Assembly (NCBI GenBank): GCA_951406725.2
Contig: OX597821.1
Span: 31,620,001 to 31,684,000 of the forward strand
From: Octopus vulgaris
Lineage: Eukaryota
Reading direction: 5' to 3'
Length of the DNA stretch: 64,000 nt
How positions within the stretch are numbered: position 1 is the stretch's first letter; each line of letters begins with the position of its first letter. Positions 38,105 through 51,644 of this stretch are shown here, piece after piece. The position numbers were made by a program, and so were the translations under genes. The notes under the pieces are model-generated. The model was given only the letters and a program-made list of their open reading frames with translations, was not told where the DNA came from and searched no databases.

Positions 38105-41100
38105 TAGTCAGGTGTGAAAGTAGAATATGCCTCAGAAGCAATATAATTTAGACACTATGTAAGAGAAATAAGATGCTCACTTGCTATTAATGCTAATTAT
38201 TACTATATAAATTTAACAATTCAGAAAAAAGGCAAATCACTCTACCTACGAAGCTGACAAGGGCACCGTCATTTCTTCTCCGTGCGAAGACTTGTGTTCC
38301 TCTAAAACGTCCCTAAAGGATACATGAAGGATAGATTTAGCTCTAATTTAATGGTAAATTGTTTCCATTTCTTACCTCACTTTTAGAAGTATCTGTTATT
38401 GACACTTTTTAATAAAGGATAATATGTGTAAAATTCTCAATGTCTGCTTTGTTTCTTCTTTAGCGCGCACAAAATCAAAAGTGAGTTGGAATTAATCTGA
38501 ATACATGGCTTAAATCATCGCATTTATAAATCATGCGGGTTTTGTTTTGCGCAATACCGATTCAAACAGCTGCTAACCAGCACTCATAAAACATATATAT
38601 TATAGCTTATATGAAAAGGCACGCACACACACTGTCTTATTCCATTATAAATTGTAAGTTGTCGTCATTTATCTTATAAAAGTTATTTTGTTTGTACAAA
38701 ACATCTGAATTATAAATTTTTCATATATTATCAATTGTCTGACGTAAGCTAAAAGTATGAGAAAAAATTAAACTACGGCCGTCTATCGTATGAAATCGTG
38801 AAATAAAAAAGATACGTAAGTTTTCATGATATATGAATATTTTATTATTTAAATTTCCTGACTAGATATTTTCAAACGTAAATATAACAAGTACCTTTGA
38901 ATGATTTTTTCTTCAAATTTTTATTCAATAAATGTCATTTAAAATTAATGAAGGCAATAAAAGAACGCCTCCATTTGTTAATATTGGAGAGAAAAATGTA
39001 AAGAGGACTAGCCAGATGGGCATATTCAGGTAGTTTTTCACAATATTCTTAATTAACTTACATTATATGAGCATATTGAAATAAAACAAGAAATGAAAAA
39101 TACACATTTATACAGCTAAAATTAAAAGAAATTATAAAGGCGGTGAGCTATTACAATCATTTAGCTCGCCAGGCAAAAATGCTTGAAGCATTATGTCAGA
39201 CTTTACGTTCTGATTTCAAATTTCGCCGATTTTGTCTTTCGAAGTCGATGAAATAGATACCAGTTAAGCATTGTGGATCTATCTAATTAACTACCCCCAT
39301 CCCCTGTAATTTCGTACCGAAATTAAAATTAGAAGAAATTATATGATATTTGCTTGCTATGATAGTTTATTTTATGGGAATTTACGATATATATTTATGA
39401 CATGCTACATCCGAATTCACTGAGTTCTAATCAAGGCAGTCTAAACTTTACTAATCAGGAAGATAATTAACTTTCATCATTCGCTTACCCTGCTCGATTT
39501 TAAAATTCAACTCAAGCCTACAAAATATATGACGTTCAAACTGCTGAATACAATGCAGCCAATGTATTGCTGTTAATTTTATTTTCAAGTGTAGCAGGAT
39601 GAAAGGCGTAGTAAAATATAATTATGAAATGTCTTGAAATACTCCAGTAATACTCCCCTATTCAGTAATGAACTATGATTGCCAACATATTATAAGGATA
39701 CAACTGTGGAAAAGATTTACAATTGGTCACATAGTCTCTGCTACATAAATAGCAGACTGAATCCGGAAGCAAGCTCCTTGCTGCGCATGTAGTTTGCGTC
39801 TTGTCTAAGTTCGAGGGCGGTAATTAGCATCAGTACGTATTACATTTACCTGTGCACAATATAAATATGGGTGCGTGTGTGTGTGCGATTGTGTGTATGT
39901 ATCTATATGCATGCATTATGTGTGATTATGACAGGGTAGTGAGGATATGTATATATTTGTCTTGTTCTTGTTTGTGGTGCTATATATATATTAGGTGTAA
40001 ACGTCTCTCTCTCTTTTTCTCTCTCCCCCCCTCTCTCTCTCTCTCTGCACACTAGTTTACTTCGTTGTCTATGGTTAATGTGTATGAAAATTTGTATGCG
40101 ATGTTATAAGTATACCATATATTGTTTTGTCTTGAATATGAGTATGTGCATGTGCATATGTAACCATGTACTAGCATGATATGTATGTACATGTGTCAAT
40201 GTATTCGGATGCGTTGTATGTTTGTACGCATAGGATTGAATAATATTCTTGTATATGCGACGACGCTCTGCTTACAGTCGCAGACATCCTAAAAGATATT
40301 AAGAAGCCTATCGCAACCTACTTCAGCTTGGTAGATATCCTTCTCGGAGGCCAGCTTCACTCATGTGCAACTAGCCCTATCATCTCTACCTCCCTTTCAT
40401 TACTCCCATCCTATTCACATCACTAAACAGTACGCACTGTACTTTATCCCTAGGATTTTGACACTCATTGCATATACTGTCTTACTGTCTTTCATATGAA
40501 CTGCAGGAGAGAATCAGTGATAGCAGGAATCTCACCCTACCACCAAATACGCTATGGAAATGAGCTCACGAGAATCTTGTATAACAAACACTAATAAAGA
40601 ATAAATGTAATACAGTTCATTATTATCAAAAAAAAAAGAACATATAGCTCAAATTATCAAATGATAGAACCAAGCAGATCGAAAAATATAGGACCATCAA
40701 GCTCACTCCAAATACTAAGAACCAGTATCTCTGTGTATCTATCCTCTCTAAAGCACATCTTGAAGAAAGATGAGTCTTTATTGAAATAGCTACGTGTCTA
40801 ACAGAGTTTGAAATAATACAGCCTGCAGCTTTTGCTGACACCCTACATAAGTGAAATGTAAACCACAGACGTGCATTGTACGCATAAGAATGTCCCAGTT
40901 CATGTCAAGTGGCAGCGCGCAGCTGTTGGCGATTATAATACTTACACGCGGGAGCCTAAGCCTTCCGGTGTCTACGCTCTTATAATAATTCTGCCTGTCA
41001 TTGCTTTACCTAGACCGTCGGTAACGCTTTCACGTGATTAAAGAAAAAGAGGGAGAATGGAAAGGGGAGAGTATATAGGGAGTGAGAAAAAATGAAACGA

Positions 41101-41329
41101 GTAAAAGAGGGAGTGGGAAGCGTCAATGACGTGAGGTTGACGGAATGTAATTCTAACGCTTTCGCGTGATTAGTTGAGAGGAGACAGCATGTACAGATAG
41201 GGCAGTATTTGCAAATGTTTTACTACAAAGAAATATCGACACACTCCCTCCCTTCAAACAACTGGGATATTACACTGCTGTGAAAAATAAAACTCGAACA
41301 TTCACAGAATAATAAAGAAAGCTAGTATT

Positions 41330-41528
41330 TTTTTTACTTGTTTCAGTCATTTGACTGCGGCCATACTAGAGCACCGCCTCTAGTCGAGCAAATTAGTCGA
41401 CTTATTTTTGTAAGCCTAGTACTTAATCTATCAGTGCCTTTTTGCCGAACCGCTAAGTTACGGGGACGTAAGCACACCAGCATCGGTTGTCAAGTGATGT
41501 TGGGGGGGACAAACACAGACACAAACAT

Positions 41529-41597
<69 letters not shown>

Positions 41598-41766
41598 CAT
41601 ATGACGGGCTTCTTTCAGTTTCCGTCTACCAAATCCACTCACAAGGCTTTGGTCGGCCCGAGGCTATAGTAGAAGACACTTGCCCAAGGTGCCACGCAGT
41701 AGGACTGAACCCGGAACCATGTGGTTCGTAAGCAAGCTACTTACCACACAGCTACTCTTACGCCTA
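41330..41766 (-). mobile_element. Full-length SINE family A
   Basis: Close match to the reverse complement of 28546-28953. Confidence 0.93.
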
Positions 41767-42864
41767 TATCAATAATTTCCATTTTTATGAATGCGAGAAT
41801 TTAAGAAATATACTGATAAAATGAAATTCAACCCAAAGCATAATAAAATGTAAAGAATTATAAAATGCTGAATACGACTTGAAATATTTTACCCCAGCTT
41901 TTTTATTTCGACTGCTTCCAATGATAGGGAGAGCATATTTTAACACTTAGATTTGATTCAATAGAATATTAAATCTTGGTTTCAAGTTTTACAAATATAA
42001 TGGAGATGCATAAAAACTTATGTTATTACAAATATACATCCCTGAACATAAACGCCAAAACACACCCACACACACACAAAGACACACATATATATATACT
42101 CGCATATGAATATATATATATATATATATATACATACATATACATATGTATGTATGTGTAGCTACATATACATATATATGTAGGTGCATATGTATATATA
42201 CATACATATATTTATATGCATGCATACATATATATATATACATATATAAATGGGGCGTGTGGTGGGCTGTCTACATGTAACTATGTATTTTTACATCCAT
42301 ATAATTGTGCATATATACACATATGTGTGTGTTTTTTTGATTGCGTGCAACTCTATGTGTATATATTTATATTGTGAGTGTCTATCTACATGTATATTTG
42401 CGCACGGTTCGGAGATTGTTTGTGTGTATCACTGTATCACTTTATGATGAGTACTTTGTGCGTATTGCGATTCAATGATTTCTTGTGAAATAACGGACAA
42501 ATCTAAACGTATATACTTTCTATTGTCTTCTTGGAATATGAGAAATAAAAAGCACAAAAAATCAGCGTGTGATAGAAGACCTGTCTCATGTCTAGTAAAC
42601 TGTTACAGACAGTATTGTATTCCCTCGGTATGTATTAATTTATTCTATTCATATGGAAAATTGAATTTGGTTTTCCATTTCAGTAACTATTGTTGTCCAT
42701 TGGGATATAACGTTTGGTATATTTATTAGAAAACCTAATTGTTGCGAACGAATTGGTAGATGTTATTTTGTACCGTTTCATGTGGAAAAAATTGGTTAAA
42801 ATGGCTCAAGATACAAGCCGAAAACACACACACACACACGGATTGTTACAAGTATAATCATACA

Positions 42865-43063
<199 letters not shown>

Positions 43064-43174
43064 GAAAATACAAACATCATTAGAGAAGTAATATATTTAA
43101 CATACTTATGCACTTAGATATTTTAACATATGTATATGTACATAACTTTGTATGTTTGTATGCATGTATATAAC

Positions 43175-43246
<72 letters not shown>

Positions 43247-43415
43247 GGTGTGCATACGCACGCATGTGTATGTGTAGGTATGTATGATGGGGAAGGATTT
43301 GTGTAATCATGCGTACACACATATATATATGTATAAGTTAACATATATATACTTAGATATATACATTCTTTGAAGGGTTGAATGCAAATTTGTCTTTTAA
43401 CTGAAGTAGTTTCCA

Positions 43416-43472
<57 letters not shown>

Positions 43473-43475
<3 letters not shown>

Positions 43476-44702
43476 AGTCATTCCATAAGTTCTGTCCGAT
43501 TTTACCATATTTAAAATTTGAATGAATTTTAATAGTATTTTAGAATGTCTAATGGAATTTATAATTATTTTTATGCATTTGTGTACATTTAAACTAATTA
43601 ACTAATTAAATGTTATTTTACGGAATAATAGAATTAAAATTCCTTTATTTAAAACCCTTTCTATCATGAAAGTATACAAACCGCATTCGGGGCACATAAT
43701 GCTTTATGATTACAAAAAAAGGAAACTCTGCAACCGAAGAGACTCGAAATATACACTCAGTTTAATGGAAAGAATGTTTGAATGAAAGAAGTTGCCGAAG
43801 TTGGTTTGCGAAATTCAGAAGTGGAGATATCAGACTTTAACATGAATATCACACAGGACATCCAGTTGAGTTTGGTGATAAGGTCAGTGAGGCATAACTT
43901 GAAATAAATTCTGCATTATCAGTTGAATGGTTGGGAAAAAAGCTTAGTTCAAACCATAAAACTGTTCATCGTCAACTTCAACAACTTGGAAAGTTTCCTA
44001 AACTTGGAAAATGTGTGCCTCATGAATTGTCCGAAAGCAACTGAAAATCCTGAGTTGACATCTGCTCTTCTTTCTATTCTCGCGAACTCATTTCTCCCTT
44101 TTTGGATAGACTTGTGACTGGTGACAAAAAAATGGATCTTCTATCGAAATGTTAAACATCGTAAAAAAGGGAAAAAACTGAACAACAAGCGAGAACGGAA
44201 CTTCATGGGGAAAAGGTTCTTCTCTCTATCTGATGGGATTGCGAAGGGGTAAATCACTTTGGATTGTTACCACCTATTGCAACAATAAATGCTCAAGTCT
44301 ACTGTCAAAGATTAGAGCGTTTGAACCAAACTTTGAAGAACAAAACACCCTTTTTAGTGAATCGAAAAGAGTGATGTTTCATCAGGACAATGCGTGACCC
44401 CACACTGCAAAGATCACATCACAGAAGATTGAAGAGGTTGGTTGGAAAAAAATTCCTCATCCACCTTATTTCCCCGACCTTGTTTCGCAAGCCAGGATGA
44501 GGTCAAAACTTACATTTCAGTGTTCTTCGCTTTGAAACCAAAAGAGATTTACATTGAAAGGATTTAAAAGCTTGTAAATAGATGGAAAGAAGTCATAGAT
44601 AATCAGGGAAAGTACATTGCGGATTAAATTTCAATTGAATATAACATTTGATCACTTGTTTTCTTTATTCAAAATTCAGACAGAACTTATGATATGACCT
44701 GA
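43473..44702 (+). mobile_element. Decayed mariner transposon at the edge of a (TA)n tract
   Basis: TIRs tcaagtcattccataagttctgtc / gacagaacttatgatatgacctga. Motifs LVTGDKKW, FHQDNA*PHTA and PHPPYFPDL. Confidence 0.93.
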
Positions 44703-45773
44703 TTAAAGGAATCAATAAATATTTTATGCTCCCGAATTATTGATTGAAATAATACAAAAAAATTTATGGAAACACATATTTTCCCTGTAAATTATGATTC
44801 CTTTTTTGTTAGCACACAAATTTCCTGTTACATAGTTTCTGCTTTCGGTTAGATAGCCTCAACTTGTGGCGATTAAGTGTATCGCAATGACGAAATAAGC
44901 AATTTCTGGACTATCATCAGATATGTAGGTAGCTAAGTTTCTTAATGTGATTGGTCTGCAAATACACATAATTATATATATTATTGACATTTATGGGTTG
45001 CAGTATTTCTTTTGAAATTTTAAATAATTAAATTAGTGGAAGGCTGCTTACAACATGGAGGCCAATTCTGAATGAAATCAAATCCCTTATTCTACAGAAC
45101 TAGTATTATTTGCAATATTATACATTTCCTACCATTTTTTCTACGTAGTCAACATTCCCAGATATTAGATAGAAAGCAGTTTTTCTATAAAATGTCATCT
45201 TATGTAAACTGCGATATTTTATGGTGCCAATGCGTGCGTCTTCCTAGATATTTCTCATGTAACAAAGACACAAATTGCAATTTCATTCCCATGTTAATAT
45301 AACTTTTTATTTATAATCGCTGATAACGCAGAATAGGATTGCTGTTATATCCCGCAATATATTTCGTGTCAGAAAATATCGCTTACGTTATCACATTGTT
45401 ACAGCGGTAAATGTTTTCTTTGCACTTCTTATGTGATGCTTTTCATTTTCTACGCATAATGAATGTGAACACGTAAAACAAAAACGTATTTTTTAACACG
45501 CAGTTATGTAATAGAATGTATTTTCGATTTTATTGATTCTGGGCTCACTGAGGACACACATGTTCACACACACACACACACACAGTCATTCACACACAGA
45601 CATATACTTTTATACAAATGTATCTCAGTGTCTTTTTATGTATGTTTGTATATATATATATACGCATATGTACACATACGTATAGACATAAGTATACATA
45701 TGTATATACATACGCGAATAAACACACATATATACGTGTATGTACATACATATATATGTATACATATATACAT

Positions 45774-45804
<31 letters not shown>

Positions 45805-45946
45805 GTTTATATATATTATATGTTTACATATATAGGCATAGGCATGCCTGTATGGTAAAAAGTTTTCTTCCCAACCACATGGTTGTGGGATAAGTCCCAC
45901 TGCGTGGCACCTTAGGTGTCTTCTTCTATAGCTTCGGGCCAACCAA

Positions 45947-47023
45947 TTCATTCATTCATTGTTCGACCGTGGTCGAGACAATGGAATTTACCATGTTGCG
46001 CCAGACTTCACGGTCCATCATAGCATTACGGAGGTCCTGTTGCTGGATGCCTGTATCCCTGGAGATTACATCAGGGTAGGAGAGTGTGCGCCCTCTGGTG
46101 TTGCGAGTAGATGGCTTCCAGAGGAGAAGAGTAGAAATTACTTCTTTTTCAGCTCTACAACAATGTCCAGCAAACTGGACTCTCCTACCCTTCACAAGAG
46201 ATGACACAGGTGGTAATTTCCCATATATTTGCATTTTAGTTGGGTGGCGCCTCCACGAGAGATTTTGAGCTCTCATAAGGAGGCGAGTGTAGGTTCCATC
46301 CAACCGCCTCTCAAGCTTCTTTGATAACGTCCAGGTTTCTGAGCCATATAGTAGGATTGGTTCGACTGTGGCTTTGAATATTTCAAGTTTGAAGTCTCTA
46401 CTTAGATTTGATGACCAGATCTTATGCATGTCATTACAGGCTGACCAGGCCATACCCTTTCTAGTTAGAAAGTCTTTTCCAGATGATGATATGTATGACC
46501 CAAGATATTTATAATCAGAAACCATATTTAAAGGTGCACTGTTGAGAGTGTGGATGATGCAATCACTGTTGGACAGGCACTTGTTTATGTATTCAGTTTT
46601 GGTCTCATTAAGGTAAAGACCTACACAATTTGAGGCTTGTTCAAGAGATTGTAAAAGAGACTGGGCATTGGAGAGAGAATCACTGATAAGAGCGATGTCG
46701 TCAGCAAAGTCAGTGTCTGTCAAGTACTCAGCTGGGTGTCTGGAACTTCTTCTTGGTTTTATTTCAAAGCCCTTGCCAGAGATGGTATCAAATGACATAC
46801 GTAGCACATAATCAACAACAATGATGAAAAGAAATGGGGCGAGTGTGTCTCCCTGCAGTATTCCGGCCTCGATCGAGAAAGATGATGTTTCTCCATCAGG
46901 GGTTAAGATGGTTGAAGACGTATCTGTGTAGAGGACCTTGATGGCAGAAATAATTTTGTCTGGTATCCCATAGAGCTTAAGGATTTCAAACATCTTGCAC
47001 CTATCTACAGAATCGATTCTGTA
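45947..47023 (-). mobile_element. 5'-truncated RTE-clade LINE with open RT C-terminal frame
   Basis: GILQGDTLAPFLF, DFADDIAL, YKYLGS and ILLYGSETWTL. (TGAA)n tail. 11-bp TSD GGGCCAACCAA at 45936-45946 and 47024-47034. The first ~20 aa of the listed 373-aa ORF derive from the SINE and junction. Confidence 0.93.
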
Positions 47024-47080
47024 GGGCCAACCAAATCCTTGTGAATGGATGTGGTAGACGGAAATTGAAAGAAGCACGTC

Positions 47081-47126
<46 letters not shown>

Positions 47127-47387
47127 CAATTAAGGACAACTACTTAATAAGGAAAACTTAACAAGAAATTGTCAGGTAGATAGCGTGAAAACCTCATAAG
47201 AGAAAAAATTTCGAAAATAATTATTTCTTATTGAACATATTAATTTATATATAGAAGGCATTATACATACATGCCAGATGGCATTATACATACATGCCAC
47301 ACGCTAAGGGGGACAATTAGTCATTTCTACCAAAAATATTACTAATCCCACCGAATGCAATTTTTCAAAGTAAGACATTTAAAAAAT

Positions 47388-47435
47388 AGACCTGTATCAC
47401 AGTGATTTCATACTTACGTATTCATCAGCAGGCCT
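47388..47435 (-). ncRNA. Minimal type I hammerhead ribozyme
   Basis: Minus strand: AGGCCTG-CTGATGA-ATAC-gtaa-GTAT-GAAA-TCAC-t-GTGA-TA-CAGGTCT. Confidence 0.9.
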
Positions 47436-47863
47436 GGATATATCATACATAAACGACCCTGCCTCGCCTAAGCCGATCAGCTAACTGATCAACATCAACG
47501 AAGCACATGGGTGAGTTTACATATATTACATCCTGTAAATGTCAGACTTTTTACGAATTGCATTTCGGGAAAGGAAAAGTTTTTTTCGGAATAAAAATTT
47601 AGCAATTAAGGACAACTACTTAATAAGGAAAACTTAACAAGAAATTGTCAGGTAGGTAGCGTGAAAACCTCATAAGAGAAAAAATTTCGAAAATAATTAT
47701 TTCTTATTGAACATATTAATTTATATATAGAGGGCATTATACATACATGCCAGATGGCATTATACATACATGCCACACGCTAAGAGGGACAATTAGTCAT
47801 TTCTACCAAAAATATTACTAATCCCACCGAATGCAATTTTTCAAAGTAAGACATTTAAAAAAT

Positions 47864-47911
47864 AGACCTGTATCACAGTGATTTCATACTTACGTATTCA
47901 TCAGCAGGCCT
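47864..47911 (-). ncRNA. Minimal type I hammerhead ribozyme (unit 2)
   Basis: Identical motif 476 bp from the first. Confidence 0.9.
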
Positions 47912-48338
47912 GGATATATCATACATAAACGACCCTGCCTCGCCTAAGCCGACCAGCTAACTGATCAACATCAACGAAGCACATGGGTGAGTTTACATAT
48001 ATTACATCCTGATAAATGCCAGACTTTTACGAATTGCATTTCGGGAAAGGAAAAGTTTTTTCGGAATAAAAATTTAGCAAATAAGGACAACTACTTAATA
48101 AGGAAAACTTAACAAGAAATTGTCAGGTAGATAGCGTGAAAACCTCATAAGAGAAAAAATTTCGAAAATAATTATTTCTTATTGAACATATTAATTTATG
48201 TATAGAGGCCATTATACATACATGCCAGATGGCATTATACATACATGCCACACGCTAAGAGGGACAATTAGTCATTTCTACCAAAAATATTACGAATCCC
48301 ACCGAATGCAATTTTTCAAAGTAAGACATTTAAAAAAT

Positions 48339-48386
48339 AGGCCTGTATCACAGTGATTTCATACTTACGTATTCATCAGCAGGCCT
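48339..48386 (-). ncRNA. Minimal type I hammerhead ribozyme (unit 3)
   Basis: Same motif; one substitution turns the helix I G-U pair into G-C (CAGGCCT). Confidence 0.9.
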
Positions 48387-48875
48387 GGATATATCATACA
48401 TAAACGACCCTGCCTCGCCTAAGCCGATCAGCTAGCTGATCAACATCAACGAAGCACATGTCTTACTTTGAAAAATTGCATTCGGTGGGATTAGTAATAT
48501 TTTTGGTAGAAATGACTAATTGTCCCTCTTAGCGTGTGGCATGTATGTATAATGCCATCTGGCATGTATGTATAATGCCCTCTATATATAAATTAATATG
48601 TTCAATAAGAAATAATTATTTTCGAATTTGTTTCTCTTATGAGGTTTTCACGCTATCTACCTGACAATTTCTTGTTAAGTTTTCCTTATTAAGTAGTTGT
48701 CCTTAATTGCTAAATTTTTATTCCGAAAAAACTTTTCCTTTCCCGAAATGCAATTCGTAAAAAGTCTGACATTTACAGGATGTAATATATGTAAACTCAC
48801 CCATGTGCTTCGTTGATGTTGATCAGTTAGCTGATCGGCTTAGGCGAGGCAGGGTCGTTTATGTATGATATATCC

Positions 48876-48923
48876 AGGCCTGCTGATGAATACGTAAGTA
48901 TGAAATCACTGTGATACAGGTCT
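48876..48923 (+). ncRNA. Minimal type I hammerhead ribozyme (inverted segment)
   Basis: AGGCCTG-CTGATGA-ATACgtaaGTAT-GAAA-TCACtGTGA-TA-CAGGTCT. Seven-bp helix I, 4-bp helix II with GNRA loop, AUA triplet. Confidence 0.9.
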
Positions 48924-49215
48924 ATTTTTTAAATGTCTTACTTTGAAAAATTGCATTCGGTGGGATTAGTAATATTTTTGGTAGAAATGACTAATTGTCC
49001 CTCTTAGCGTGTGGCATGTATGTATAATGCCATCTGGCATGTATGTATAATGCCCTCTATATATAAATTATATATATATATATATATATATGTTTGAGTG
49101 TGTGTCGCAGTGCGTGTTTGTCCCCCACCATCGCTTGACGATAGACAATAGTTTAGGTCCCTTAACATAGTGGTTCGGCAAATAGACAGATAAAATAAGT
49201 ACTAAGCTTAAAAAG

Positions 49216-49604
49216 TGTTGAGGCGGACACCCCCAAGTGAGATGTATGCTTGTCCAATATTAATGAATATTGGACAGACCCAGCAAACAGTGTCAGTCAG
49301 CGAGGTATGCTTTTCAGCCAGCCACGCAGACGATGAAGTCGTCATAATCCTTGACATATCACTGTTGAATATCTCGATGTGGGATTTGAACTTCACGCGG
49401 TGAAAAGTAATATGCATACAGGGAATAAAATTATGGTTCTTTGCGAAAAAAAAAAACAATAATAATAACTAGTCTGTTCCACTGATTTAAATCAGGTCAT
49501 AATATGCTAATAGCGTTATAGGTAAACAATGTAAAGTGGTACTACCTGTGGCATTTTGAAAAAAAAAAAGTTCTGTGTGGAACAACATAATAATAATAAT
49601 GATG

Positions 49605-49668
<64 letters not shown>

Positions 49669-50671
49669 GGACGATGATGATGATGAGTCCGTACAAATGG
49701 TTTTATTCAGGTTGATATATGTAATAGAGCTATCGGTACACAACGTAGGCTGGTACTACCAGCGGCATTTTCAAAAAAATATTTTTCTGTGTGGAAGAAG
49801 GAAAATCTAAATAAGAGAAATATAATTCCGGTTAGAAAGAAAACAATTGAAAAACGAAATAATACTGCTTTGTTGAAAGAGGAAACACTATGTGTGTAAC
49901 AAGAAATCTAAATAAGAAGAGAAAAGATATTCTGGGTAGAAGAAAAAGGAATGAAAAATCTCAAAGTGTAGGGGTGTTATTCTTGACACCCCCAAGGGAA
50001 AGGTACGCTGGTCCACTACTAATAAATAGTGGAGAGACACAGCAGAGAAGTTTCAATCGGTGAGTTACATGAACAGTTTCTTTCTAGCGGCAAGTTCATT
50101 TGAACGAGAAGTTGTGTTTTGCGGGTTTTCCTTTTCAACGGTATTGTTGAATTGTTGTTTCAATTGTTTACATCGTTAAACTGTAGTCTCCTTGGCAGGT
50201 GTTGTTTTTGAACGTGTGTTCCTTCCCCCTAAGGGGAGGAATATTGTAATATTTACAATAGTTGTAAATTATGGTCAGATTTGGGCAATGTTATTGAACT
50301 GTGTTCCTTTCCCATACGGGGAAAGGGTTTGAACTGTTTATTGTTGTGCTTCTCTTACGAGAGTAAATTTTTATTTTGAATTACACATTTGAGAACTGTG
50401 TTCCTTTTGTTGAAAACTGTTGCCGACAATGTGAAGTGTACATCTATCTACTGAGTCTATCATAAAGATTGTTCTACGTCCATCCCTTAACAGGGAGAGG
50501 CAGGTGTTTTTGCTGCGGAACAGCCATACTGAAAGAGAATATGGAAGACGCGTTTGTCCCCTCCTTGTTGGGCCTATGTAGCCAAATAAAAGATACGCAG
50601 TCAGCAAGGTACGCTGTTCGGACCAGTCACCCAGAGGACGAAGTTAGCTCGTCATAACATGAGACATATCA
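49216..50671 (+). mobile_element. LTR-like (solo LTR?) insertion
   Basis: Interrupts the SINE. Begins TGTTG and ends ..CA, with imperfect 5-bp TSD AAAAG/CAAAG and AATAAA near 50585. No coding signal. Right end uncertain (50659-50673). Confidence 0.55.
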
Positions 50672-50777
50672 CAAAGAATAACTAGTGGGGTCGATTTGTT
50701 TGACTAAAGGCGACGCGTTCATTATCGACGCAGTCAAATGACTGAAAGAAGTAAAAGAATAAAAGAATATACATATC

Positions 50778-51187
50778 TCTCTTTTACTCTTTTACTTGTT
50801 TCAGTCATTTGACTGAGGCCATGCTGGAGCACCGCCTTTAGTCGAGCAAATCGACCCCGGGACTTATTCTTTGTATGCCCAGTACTTATTCTATCGGTCT
50901 CTTTTGCCGAACAGCTAAGTGACGGGGACGTAAACACACCAGCATCGGTTGTCAAGCAATGCTAGGGGGACAAACACAGACACACAAACACACACACACA
51001 TACATATATATATACATATATACGACAGGCAGCTTTCAGTTTCCGTCTACCAAATCCACTCACAAGGCATTGGTCGGCCCGGGGCTATAGCAGAAGACAC
51101 TTGCCCAAGATACCACGCAGTGGGACTGAACCCGGAACCATGTGGTTGGTTAGCAAGCTACTTACCACACAGCCACTCCTGCGCCTA
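50778..51187 (-). mobile_element. Full-length SINE family A, tail-to-tail with the previous copy
   Basis: Close match to other family A copies. Confidence 0.93.
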
Positions 51188-51466
51188 TATATATTTACGT
51201 TGTCAAACGTATTTGAAGAGTCAGAAACCGGTCCTGCATTATCCGATTCTAGGTTTTCCATTTATCGAATGTTCTTTCTAGAGGTAAGACAAATTTTTTT
51301 CATGTTTGTTCAATACACACCTCTTTGCTAGTATATACGCAGTGAAGCTATACAATAGCGTCGTATTTATTACGATTGCTATTTTCCAGTAAATATTGGT
51401 GCCTTCTTGTACCATTTATCTCTCTCTCTCACTATCTCTGTCTCTCACTCTCTCTCTCACTCTCTC

Positions 51467-51644
<178 letters not shown>

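Larger units (their letters stand above)
47125..49069 (-). mobile_element. Young Penelope/retrozyme-like non-autonomous element: ~2.8 tandem 476-bp units plus inverted 5' segment, inside (TA)n
   Basis: Unit starts at 47125, 47601 and 48076. Inversion at ~48458 (ATG microhomology); 48458-49069 is inverted. One HHR per unit. Confidence 0.9.
45833..50767 (+). mobile_element. SINE family A split by three nested insertions
   Basis: Colinear SINE pieces at 45833-45946, 47024-47124, 49070-49215 and 50672-50767. Confidence 0.85.

Noticed and set aside
45956-47077. 373-aa ORF as a host gene
   Set aside because: It is a 5'-truncated RTE RT fragment whose apparent start lies in flanking SINE sequence.
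47125-49069. CRISPR array or ordinary satellite interpretation
   Set aside because: No unique spacers, eukaryotic context, only ~3 units plus an inversion, and inserted within a SINE.
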